DNA of 52,988 bases from a virus (Duplodnaviria; Caudoviricetes): positions 1 to 52,988 of IMG/VR virus record IMGVR_UViG_3300023184_000168. One strand, 5' to 3'. The stretch's first letter is position 1. Every line of letters starts with the position of its first letter. Below the pieces are notes generated by a model. It worked only from the letters and a program-made list of their open reading frames with translations. It did no database searches and was not told the DNA's origin. Both the position numbers and the translations under genes were made by a program. Of the stretch, positions 1 through 7,486 are shown in pieces.

Positions 1-879
1 GCCGCAGAAGGTTGGGCCATGGGTGGCGCTAATATGTGCAAGATGGATATTACCTTAAAGCGACTAATGACTCTTAGAGACGAAGGTTTGCTTAATGGTA
101 AAGACTGGATGCACTTCCTAGGCACAGCACAATTAGATTGGGCTGTATTTTTAACTTCAATTCAACGACAAATAAGAAAACACATAAATGAAAACTTTAC
201 CGTATCTTTTGACTGCGCCTCACCGTTTATTGCAACAGCGCACGGACTTGTCTACACAAATGCACAACACACCCCAAAAAGGTGGAGTGTTATTATGGAC
301 AAAGCCCCAGACAACAAAGCCCTTGCAGAATCAGATATACCATTCCCATTCGAAAGTGAATTAGGTCGCAGATTAAATATGGGTGACATTTGTCACTATG
401 CTCCTGGCATGTTGAATAAGATTAAAAAAGAAGGTAAAACTAGTTGGGACAGTTTTGCTTATGCTCTTATGATGGGGCATAATGTTGAATGTCATATTGT
501 AGCGGTACAACGTGCAAATCAATTAGCAGACATTGAAAAAACTAGATTTAAACCCGACTGGAGACATTGGAATAAACTTAGTGCTAAAGACTCTAATGCC
601 GATCAATATAGCGATTGGGTTCCACGTAATATTCTTTATTTTGATCGATTTGTTGAAGAGTTGTTTAATACTAAATCAAAAGTAGAAGCATTTGAAATGA
701 TTGAAGAAGGGTTAAATTTCTTAAGAAGCCTCGAAGGTTCTAGGATGCAAGGTGGTCCTGCTCAAAATACATTCAATGCTTTATTTACAGTTGAAAATGT
801 TACAAAATCTTTAGAGGTTGATCTAGAAGATGTTGAAGATGCAAAATATAGAGCACTTGAAAATAGATTGGCTGAATAG
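1..879 (+). CDS. dpdA: TGT-fold guanine transglycosylase, DpdA-like (5'-truncated by window edge)
   Basis: Frame open from base 1 (AAEGWAMGG...). TGT-like motifs GWAMGG, MHFLG and SFDCASP in the expected order; clustered with QueD-like and QueE genes. Subfamily not assignable by eye. Confidence 0.7.
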   Translation, partial: AAEGWAMGGANMCKMDITLKRLMTLRDEGLLNGKDWMHFLGTAQLDWAVFLTSIQRQIRKHINENFTVSFDCASPFIATAHGLVYTNAQHTPKRWSVIMDKAPDNKALAESDIPFPFESELGRRLNMGDICHYAPGMLNKIKKEGKTSWDSFAYALMMGHNVECHIVAVQRANQLADIEKTRFKPDWRHWNKLSAKDSNADQYSDWVPRNILYFDRFVEELFNTKSKVEAFEMIEEGLNFLRSLEGSRMQGGPAQNTFNALFTVENVTKSLEVDLEDVEDAKYRALENRLAE

Positions 880-883
880 CATA

Positions 884-912
884 TTGCATTCAATTAATAA
901 TTCTGTTATACT
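884..912 (+). promoter_or_regulatory. sigma70-type promoter with extended -10
   Basis: TTGCAT 884-889, 17-bp spacer, TGn-TATACT 904-912; predicted +1 falls on the ATG at 919. Confidence 0.7.
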
Positions 913-918
913 AATAAT

Positions 919-1431
919 ATGAAACGTAATTACACAACTGGCGAAACAGATAATGTTCAATTCTTTATTGGTGCAGAAGTTGAACATACTCCTGCATTTG
1001 GAATGAAAACATTATTTGTTACAGGTCTTCAAACTGTTGAAGATATTGCAACAAATTTACAAGGTTGTGAACATATCTTTTTTGGTGCTAATCATAGTTT
1101 TAATCCTAAAGAATATGACAGTTGGAAACAATGGGAAGACATGATCTATTTCTTCCTTAAAAAAGAGTATCTATGTTCGTTAGATATTCCAATCAACTTA
1201 GCAGAAGAATTTCTAGAAAGCGGATTAAATGACGATAACAATTTCATTCCACAAATTAGAATTCCATTACCTTACATTAAGTTGTGGAATTATAACACAA
1301 TGATTAAAATTGATGACAAAGATTTTAAGGCAACTAATCCCGGTGTATGGTCACACAGTCTACATACACTAATGGATCGTAGTAAGTTCACAGACTGGTC
1401 ACAATATAAAAACGACGAGGTATTAAAATGA
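919..1431 (+). CDS. hypothetical protein inside the deazaguanine locus
   Basis: 170-aa ORF directly behind a promoter, ATGA-coupled to the next ORF; no family recognised. Confidence 0.75.
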   Translation: MKRNYTTGETDNVQFFIGAEVEHTPAFGMKTLFVTGLQTVEDIATNLQGCEHIFFGANHSFNPKEYDSWKQWEDMIYFFLKKEYLCSLDIPINLAEEFLESGLNDDNNFIPQIRIPLPYIKLWNYNTMIKIDDKDFKATNPGVWSHSLHTLMDRSKFTDWSQYKNDEVLK

Positions 1432-1610
1432 TAAACGCAAAACTAACCAAACAGGTAGCACAACAAACTTCTGAAGAAAAACTTTTTAAGTTACTTGAAA
1501 GCATGGATTGGAAACTTTGGGAAATAATGAATATGATGAAAGATAATCTTCCAGAAAAAGCAAAAGGTCCTAAACCGCTTAAATCTGCAACCAAGAAAAC
1601 AGAAGAATGA
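1428..1610 (+). CDS. small hypothetical protein
   Basis: 60 aa, 4-bp ATGA overlaps at both ends. Confidence 0.65.
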   Translation: MINAKLTKQVAQQTSEEKLFKLLESMDWKLWEIMNMMKDNLPEKAKGPKPLKSATKKTEE

Positions 1611-1993
1611 ACCAAGATATATCAATGATATGGGTTAAGTTCCAGAAGGAAGGAATCCACTGCTACCCTGCTGCTGCAACTGATCCTAACTTGGCTACAG
1701 GCGACGAATATGATGTTAGTTTCCTTGCATCCCCACATCGACATATTTTCCATTTTCAAGTCTCTATTCAAGTATTTGACGACGACCGTGACATTGAATT
1801 TATCCAGTTTAAGCGTTGGCTCGAGAAGTGCTACAGCAATGGTACTCTTGAACTCAACCACAAATCTTGTGAGATGATTGCTCGTGAACTTAACACGACA
1901 ATCGTAGCAAGGTATCCGGGTCGAAGGACCCTTATCAGTGTAAGCGAAGACGACGAAAACGGTGCTTCAATTATATTCAACAACACCCTTTAA
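1607..1993 (+). CDS. dpdL: T-fold QueD paralog, DpdL-like (putative CDG decarboxylase)
   Basis: QueD-like layout (N-terminal His, SCE, VSED..NGA) but LASPHRHIF = LxxxHRHxF replaces CxxxHGH; I recall this as the signature reported for phage DpdL. Confidence 0.7.
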   Translation: MNQDISMIWVKFQKEGIHCYPAAATDPNLATGDEYDVSFLASPHRHIFHFQVSIQVFDDDRDIEFIQFKRWLEKCYSNGTLELNHKSCEMIARELNTTIVARYPGRRTLISVSEDDENGASIIFNNTL

Positions 1994-2008
1994 ATAGGAA
2001 AAACTAAA

Positions 2009-2245
2009 ATGGCGCAACCCGCTTATATTCAAAAAACTCTTAAAATGAAACCTGAGGTATCTAAGATCTTTGATGATCTCGATGCTTGGTTAGATCATTG
2101 CAGGTTTAATCTTCTACCATTCAACGAAGGCGATCTATATCGTAGTCAAGAATACCGTAACTTCCAACGTTGGAGTAACGGTGGAGAACGTAGGCCACGT
2201 ACTGAGTACAAGGGGAATAACCCTCGACCATACAACCAACGTTGA
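2009..2245 (+). CDS. hypothetical protein
   Basis: 78 aa, AGGA Shine-Dalgarno upstream, fills the gap in the operon. Confidence 0.7.
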   Translation: MAQPAYIQKTLKMKPEVSKIFDDLDAWLDHCRFNLLPFNEGDLYRSQEYRNFQRWSNGGERRPRTEYKGNNPRPYNQR

Positions 2246-2246
2246 T

Positions 2247-2513
2247 ATGATCTACGTAGTCGATATTGAAGCAGTCTCGACAAGGTACACTGGTCAATGG
2301 AAAGACCATGTACCTAAACTTTTAAGAAAGACAGGACACAATGTTCAAATTATCTCTGGTCCCACAGATATCCCTAGTGCTACTACCCCTGGGGCTTTTC
2401 TTAATTTTGGCGGCACAAACATCTACAAAGCTCGGCAAGTTGAGCAGATGGGTCGGCTATTTTGTAACGGATCCGTTCATCCCTATGTTAGCAATGTTGG
2501 CTGTTCTGTATAA
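2247..2513 (+). pseudogene. 5' remnant of glycosyltransferase gene, truncated by insertion
   Basis: From ATG 2247, 79 codons align to the N-terminus of ORF 4151-5236 (ExxxTRYTxQWxxHVPxLL...TPGAFLNFxxTNxxKxxQ), end just before DHFIFTDAW, then 9 unrelated codons and a stop. Confidence 0.8.
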
Positions 2514-2516
2514 ATA
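2509..2516 (+). promoter_or_regulatory. T4-type late promoter TATAAATA for the endonuclease
   Basis: Exact TATAAATA about 64 nt upstream of ATG 2580; a gp55-like sigma is encoded in this window. Confidence 0.7.
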
Positions 2517-2579
2517 AAAGTGCCAGTCGCGATGCTACCAACATCCACTGACTCTAACAGTTTATTAGGAACTATCAGC

Positions 2580-3179
2580 ATGAATATTTATAGTAATATT
2601 CCATCACCGGAATTTAAGCCAACCTGGCTTTACATCAAGCAACACAATACTACTGGATTACGATACTTTGGCAAGACTACCAAAGACCCTCAAGCCTATT
2701 TAGGTTCCGGCAAGTATTGGTTGCGACACTTAAAAGAACACAGCGAAGATATCACAACTGTTTGGTGTGAAAAATTTACTGATACAGATCAGTTGGTAGA
2801 GTTTGCTACATTCTTTAGTGAGTTCTATAACATAGTAGATGCTGTAGACTCCCGTGGCAAGAAAGTATGGGCTAACATGATTCCGGAGAATGGATTAGAT
2901 GGTGCTCCTGCTGGAGTTAAAATGCCCAGCACAAGTTTATGGAATTCTATACACAAGAAAGGTATTACACCTTGGAACAAGGGCAAGGCAACTGGTCCTG
3001 CTCCACATATATCAGAATCAAATAAGCGTAGGAAGGGATTGCCTTCTGGTAGATTGGGTGTTTCTACTTCTCTAAAAGGAACACCACAACCTGTGCTGGT
3101 TTGCCCTAACTGTGCTAAACAGGGCGGAGTTAGCGGAATGAAAAGATATCACTTTGATAACTGTAAGGAAAAGAAATGA
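2580..3179 (+). CDS. Seg-like GIY-YIG homing endonuclease with NUMOD-like and Cys/His C-terminal motifs
   Basis: LYIKQHNTTGLRYFGKT...YLGSG..W (variant GIY-YIG), PWNKG motif, C-terminal CPNC...RYHFDNC. Start moved to ATG 2580 because of AGGA at 2567-2570. Confidence 0.8.
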   Translation: MNIYSNIPSPEFKPTWLYIKQHNTTGLRYFGKTTKDPQAYLGSGKYWLRHLKEHSEDITTVWCEKFTDTDQLVEFATFFSEFYNIVDAVDSRGKKVWANMIPENGLDGAPAGVKMPSTSLWNSIHKKGITPWNKGKATGPAPHISESNKRRKGLPSGRLGVSTSLKGTPQPVLVCPNCAKQGGVSGMKRYHFDNCKEKK

Positions 3180-3466
3180 ACGAACGAATTCAACAACTTG
3201 CCGAACAGGCTAAAAAATATGCGTTGGATACTATGATTAAAATCACAGACCGAGAACAAGCATTGAAAGTGTATTCAGAATCTTATGATACAAAGTTCGC
3301 CGAGTTGATTGTGCAGGAATGTGCCAACCGTGAAGCATTGCTGGGTGCCATTGCCCGAGGTTGGTGTAGTGAAAAGAACTCGCACAAAACTATGGATTCA
3401 GATTTGGCACTGGCTATTTTTGACGAAGTAGAACAACAGATTAAACAACATTTTGGTGTTGAATGA
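3176..3466 (+). CDS. small phage hypothetical protein (MNERI...KFAELIV.EC...IKQHFGVE type)
   Basis: 96 aa, ATGA-coupled at both ends, AAGGA upstream. Confidence 0.7.
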   Translation: MNERIQQLAEQAKKYALDTMIKITDREQALKVYSESYDTKFAELIVQECANREALLGAIARGWCSEKNSHKTMDSDLALAIFDEVEQQIKQHFGVE

Positions 3467-3711
3467 GAGTAGAGTTTAATCAAGGTGTGCCTGAAGGTTG
3501 TACCGAATGGTTAAACAAACATGTGGGCAAGGGCAATATGACTGGCCTTGTTGACAACTACGATTATGCTTGGTTCTACAAGCGTGAGCGTGTTTATCCC
3601 GAACCACATGAAACGTTTGACGGGTTTGACCTGGCACCAAAATATGTTCCTACCATCACAGTTAAAGATCCCAAGTTGGCAACATGGTTTGCGTTAAGGT
3701 GGAGTTCATGA
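3463..3711 (+). CDS. small hypothetical protein, paralog of the next ORF
   Basis: 82 aa, ATGA overlaps; W...HVG and terminal A..F.LRWS motifs. Confidence 0.7.
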   Translation: MRVEFNQGVPEGCTEWLNKHVGKGNMTGLVDNYDYAWFYKRERVYPEPHETFDGFDLAPKYVPTITVKDPKLATWFALRWSS

Positions 3712-4085
3712 GCAAAATGGAAATTAAAAAACTGTTAATTTGGCCGCGTGGGTCATATGTGGTATGTGGTCTCAATCTCAAAGAGAAACTTTGGTGGAGA
3801 TTCATGCCTGGAGTTGTAGTCAATGTGCGTTGGCCAAAAGGACAAGTAAAAGTTGGTCCCAGTCATAGAGACGGATATTCTGGATATGGTCCAGAGTTTG
3901 AGTATGTTGATAGTGCTGACCCCAACGATCACTACCGCCCTTGGATGGAACAGCATGTGGGTCGTCAAGGTTGGGATTGGAACTGGGGTATGGCTGATCG
4001 TGATGCCACAGACAATCGCCTAACAATAAAGATTAGACAACGGCATGCCAAGTATGCTACACTGGTAGCAATAAAATGGAGTTGA
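3708..4085 (+). CDS. small hypothetical protein
   Basis: ATG 3708 overlaps the previous stop, AGGTGGAG upstream; W..QHVG and terminal AT..AIKWS motifs. Confidence 0.7.
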   Translation: MSKMEIKKLLIWPRGSYVVCGLNLKEKLWWRFMPGVVVNVRWPKGQVKVGPSHRDGYSGYGPEFEYVDSADPNDHYRPWMEQHVGRQGWDWNWGMADRDATDNRLTIKIRQRHAKYATLVAIKWS

Positions 4086-4099
4086 AGAATGAGCAAAAT
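3708..4099 (+). repeat. 11-bp direct repeat ATGAGCAAAAT flanking ORF 3708-4085
   Basis: Copies at 3708-3718 and 4089-4099, each shortly preceded by TGGAGTT (3700-3706, 4077-4083). Confidence 0.7.
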
Positions 4100-4103
4100 A
4101 TAT

Positions 4104-4132
4104 TTGACCTATACCCCACTTTACTATATAAT
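4104..4132 (+). promoter_or_regulatory. sigma70-type promoter for the intact glycosyltransferase
   Basis: TTGACC 4104-4109, 17 bp, TATAAT 4127-4132; AGGAGA and TTG start follow. Confidence 0.85.
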
Positions 4133-4150
4133 GTAGTATAGGAGACAACT

Positions 4151-5236
4151 TTGAAATCAACAATATGGATATTCTCGCTGGAGCCCATTGAGACTCGCTA
4201 TACAGCACAGTGGCACAGTCATGTGCCTGCTCTACTCAAGAATCGGTTAGGCGATCGATTTAATGTGGTTCAAGTAGATGGTGTTCAGAAGAACAGCCAA
4301 CTGACTCCGGGTGCGTTCTTAAACTTCTCCGATACTAACTATTGGAAGAGTGCTCAAATGTGTGCGTTCTTGGAACAGCACAATCAAGGCAAGACTGGAG
4401 CCAACGATCACTTTATCTTTACAGATGCGTGGAACCCCACAGTGATCCAACTGAAATATATGTCGGACCTGTTAGGCTTTAACTGGACCTTACATGGTCT
4501 ATGGCATGCTGGCAGTTATGATCAACAAGACTTTCTAGGACGTCTTGTTGGCAACAAGCCTTGGGTTAGACATGCTGAACAAAGTTACTTCCATGCTATC
4601 GATCATAACTACTTTGCTACAGACTTTCATATTGACCTGTTTGCTGTAACATTTAGTGAAACATTAGATGAAGAATGGAAGATGACCATGATCGAACAAG
4701 ATAAAATTGTTCGCACAGGTTGGCCTATGGAGTATATGGATAATACTCTAAATTTATACAAAGGTATGAAGAAGCGTGATCTTATACTGTTCCCGCATCG
4801 TATTGCACCTGAGAAGCAAGTAGAAATATTCCGTGATTTAAAAGAGCAGTTACCACAGTATGAATTTGTAGTTTGTCAAGATCAAGAACTCTCAAAGAAT
4901 GAATATCATAATTTGTTAGGTGAAGCAAAAATGGTGTTCAGTGCCAATCTACAAGAAACACTCGGCATTAGTTGTTATGAAGGTTCATTAGTAGGTGCTA
5001 TTCCACTGGTTCCTGATCGTTTAAGTTATACTGAGATGTATTATGACACATTTAAATATCCTAGCGAATGGACTGAAAGTTTTGAAGCATATAAGTATTA
5101 TAGACCTAATCTATGTTTTGCTATTTGTCAGCATATGGATCACTATGAGACACGTCTTCCAAAATTACTAGCACAGACTAGAGACTTAACTGATAACTTT
5201 TTCAGTGCTAATAAACTATTGGAAAATTTTAAATGA
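4151..5236 (+). CDS. GT-B fold glycosyltransferase (GT4/RfaB-like)
   Basis: 361 aa; HRIAPEK and ETLGISCYEG (EX7E) plus PLVPDR motifs typical of GT-B retaining glycosyltransferases. Confidence 0.75.
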   Translation: MKSTIWIFSLEPIETRYTAQWHSHVPALLKNRLGDRFNVVQVDGVQKNSQLTPGAFLNFSDTNYWKSAQMCAFLEQHNQGKTGANDHFIFTDAWNPTVIQLKYMSDLLGFNWTLHGLWHAGSYDQQDFLGRLVGNKPWVRHAEQSYFHAIDHNYFATDFHIDLFAVTFSETLDEEWKMTMIEQDKIVRTGWPMEYMDNTLNLYKGMKKRDLILFPHRIAPEKQVEIFRDLKEQLPQYEFVVCQDQELSKNEYHNLLGEAKMVFSANLQETLGISCYEGSLVGAIPLVPDRLSYTEMYYDTFKYPSEWTESFEAYKYYRPNLCFAICQHMDHYETRLPKLLAQTRDLTDNFFSANKLLENFK

Positions 5237-5697
5237 ATTGGTTTCTAAATACACTCGATCGACTTGGTCGCAAAAGAGTGGTAATGGATAGACAGAATGA
5301 CGAACCGTATCTAGAACGTTATTATATTTTTCTAACAGATCGTAAAAAGTTTCCATTCAATGCCTTTATACATAAGTTTCTTAAATCAGATCCAGATGAT
5401 GTACACGATCATCCGTGGCCATATGCTACGCTGATCCTCAAAGGAGGATACTGGGAATGGATTCCTAAGTTCGATAGTCTTGGTCAAAAATTTGGAGAAT
5501 ATCGTGTGTGGAGAGGTGCGGGTCATTTTCGTATCTGTAGTGCTACCAGTTATCATCGTATAGAACTAGATCCAAGCATAACTGCATGGACATTGTTTAT
5601 GCCAGGTCCCCAAAAAAGAGAATGGGGATTCTTAAAAAATAATAAATGGATCCACAACGAAGAATATCTTACTCAACGATCAAAGGAAACTTTGTAA
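5233..5697 (+). CDS. cupin-fold metal-binding protein
   Basis: HDHPW...ILKGGYWE and downstream HRIEL...WTLF: the two cupin His motifs. Confidence 0.7.
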   Translation: MNWFLNTLDRLGRKRVVMDRQNDEPYLERYYIFLTDRKKFPFNAFIHKFLKSDPDDVHDHPWPYATLILKGGYWEWIPKFDSLGQKFGEYRVWRGAGHFRICSATSYHRIELDPSITAWTLFMPGPQKREWGFLKNNKWIHNEEYLTQRSKETL

Positions 5698-6562
5698 TTA
5701 ATTGATCGCTAGGATATAAACAGTTATTCATCTTACAGGCACTAGGAGATGTAGGTAACCCAAATGTATCTTCCCATATATTTCCCAAATGTAAACTATT
5801 ACATGAACTGCCACTAACCCATCCTAAGTGAGATATATTTAAAGTTTCAATTCCTACATTACATTTCATTCCTGTAAAACTAGGGCTTATAGCAATCTTT
5901 TCTTCAAATCGCTCTTTAAATGTAGTTTCTGTAAAATGTTTTTGTTCTATTACTAACGGAGCAGTCTCTATTTTCTCTATATATTCAATACCTGATATAA
6001 TTGCTAATTGTTTAGAAGTATACTCAAACATATATCCTGCATTTTTATCAGCCTGATGGTATAATAAAGATTTACCAACTATTAAATTATATGTTTTTTC
6101 AATTTCTATTGCCCTAGACATATCTTCTTCAAAAAAGTTAGGACGAATAGGTACAGTTACGTTTACAATTTTACCTTTATTTTGAAAAGCATCTAATATA
6201 AATTTAATTAATGGGGCTTTTTGCCAATAGTGATATGTAAGATTAAGTTCATCAACATGTGGCTCAATCGCCCACCAATCAAGCCACATTTTACCACCGT
6301 TAGAATTTAATTTTATATTACCTTCATTTTCTTTACACAGTTTTAATATCATTGGAAAATCAAACATATCTAATGGTTCTCCTCCTGTAAATTCCCAATC
6401 AATTTTTCTACCTAATAATTCATAGTGAGATATTATTTTTTGAGTAATATTTAAATAATCAGCAATGTGGCGAGGTTCCTCGCCTCCCCATAATGTAGAT
6501 GGACAATATGTACATTGTGCGGTACAATAGTTGTTTAAATTCCAGTATATTTTTGTTTTCAT
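5669..6562 (-). CDS. radical SAM protein with Cys-rich (SPASM/twitch-like) C-terminus
   Basis: CTAQCTYC (CxxxCxxC), TGGEP, SNG, C-terminal C..G...C...LGNI...C....C; antisense to its neighbours. Confidence 0.8.
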   Translation of the reverse strand: MKTKIYWNLNNYCTAQCTYCPSTLWGGEEPRHIADYLNITQKIISHYELLGRKIDWEFTGGEPLDMFDFPMILKLCKENEGNIKLNSNGGKMWLDWWAIEPHVDELNLTYHYWQKAPLIKFILDAFQNKGKIVNVTVPIRPNFFEEDMSRAIEIEKTYNLIVGKSLLYHQADKNAGYMFEYTSKQLAIISGIEYIEKIETAPLVIEQKHFTETTFKERFEEKIAISPSFTGMKCNVGIETLNISHLGWVSGSSCNSLHLGNIWEDTFGLPTSPSACKMNNCLYPSDQLITKFPLIVE

Positions 6563-6578
6563 ATTTTAACCAATAGTG

Positions 6579-6607
6579 TTGACTTTTTCTAAATAAAACT
6601 ATACAAT
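6579..6607 (+). promoter_or_regulatory. sigma70-type promoter for queE
   Basis: TTGACT 6579-6584, 17 bp, TACAAT 6602-6607; GAGGA before ATG 6626. Confidence 0.8.
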
Positions 6608-6615
6608 TATTTATA
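6608..6615 (-). promoter_or_regulatory. late promoter TATAAATA for the minus-strand radical SAM gene
   Basis: TATTTATA on + equals TATAAATA on -, 45 nt upstream of ATG 6562. Confidence 0.6.
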
Positions 6616-6625
6616 GAGGACTAAT

Positions 6626-7486
6626 ATGAGTAAAATTAAGATAGCAGAATTATTTTATAGTATCCAAGGTGAAGGACGTTACATGGGTGTACCGTCTGTT
6701 TTCTTACGTACATTTGGATGTAACTTTAAATGTGCAGGTTTTGGTATGCCACGCGGCGAACTGAGTACAGAAGTTGAAGATATTGCACAAGTGGTTCATT
6801 TGTATAACGATTACAAACAACTACCACTAGTTAGCACAGGGTGTGATAGTTATGCCAGTTGGGATCCACGCTTTAAAGATCTAAGTCCATTACTTACTAC
6901 TGATGCAATTGTAGAACGCATTATGGAAATACTTCCCCATGGTGAATGGCGTGATGAACATTTAGTTATTACAGGTGGCGAGCCATTGCTAGGCTGGCAG
7001 AAGCAATATCCAGACTTGTTGAAGCATCCTAAGATGAAAGGTCTTAAAGAGATTACCTTTGAGACAAATGGCACAATGAAGTTGACAACAGAATTTAAAC
7101 AATATTTGCACACCTGGAAATATCATGATGTTGATGTTGACTTCTGGAGAGACGTTACATTCAGTGTAAGTGCCAAACTACCATGTAGCGGAGAGCCGTG
7201 GGAGGATGCTATCAAACCTGAACGTGTCTGCGAGTATGAAGAATATGGCACAGCATATTTGAAATTTGTCATTGCCACAGAAGAAGACTTTGAAGATGCC
7301 GAACGTGCTATTGCTGAATATCGTCAAGCAGGATTTACAGGGCACATTTATCTAATGCCCGTAGGTGGTGTAGAAAGTGTTTATGCAATGAACAATCGTA
7401 ATGTAGCATTACTAGCAATGAAACACGGATTACGATATAGTGATAGACTACAAGTTCCACTCTTTAAAAATGAGTGGGGCACTTGA
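6626..7486 (+). CDS. queE: 7-carboxy-7-deazaguanine synthase QueE (radical SAM)
   Basis: ELFYSIQGEG, PSVFLRTFGCNFKC, CDS, ITGGEP, FETNG, LKFV, YLMP and RLQ motifs. Confidence 0.88.
   Translation: MSKIKIAELFYSIQGEGRYMGVPSVFLRTFGCNFKCAGFGMPRGELSTEVEDIAQVVHLYNDYKQLPLVSTGCDSYASWDPRFKDLSPLLTTDAIVERIMEILPHGEWRDEHLVITGGEPLLGWQKQYPDLLKHPKMKGLKEITFETNGTMKLTTEFKQYLHTWKYHDVDVDFWRDVTFSVSAKLPCSGEPWEDAIKPERVCEYEEYGTAYLKFVIATEEDFEDAERAIAEYRQAGFTGHIYLMPVGGVESVYAMNNRNVALLAMKHGLRYSDRLQVPLFKNEWGT

Larger units (their letters stand above)
2484..4150 (+). mobile_element. homing-endonuclease cassette with cargo ORFs inserted in the glycosyltransferase gene
   Basis: Lies between the truncated and the intact glycosyltransferase copies; holds late promoter, GIY-YIG gene, three small ORFs and a new sigma70 promoter. 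True right boundary probably lies inside ORF 4151-5236. Confidence 0.65.

Noticed and set aside
2181-2246. GTG-initiated N-terminal extension of the glycosyltransferase remnant
   Set aside because: Overlaps ORF 2009-2245; similarity to the intact copy begins near ATG 2247.
2520-2579. Longer GTG start for the homing endonuclease
   Set aside because: This stretch is the structured leader; the SD sits in front of ATG 2580.
2484-4400. Self-splicing group I intron (or intein) in the glycosyltransferase gene
   Set aside because: No P/Q/R/S core elements recognised; the insert is filled with coupled ORFs, and the downstream copy has its own promoter, SD and complete N-terminus, so splicing is unnecessary.
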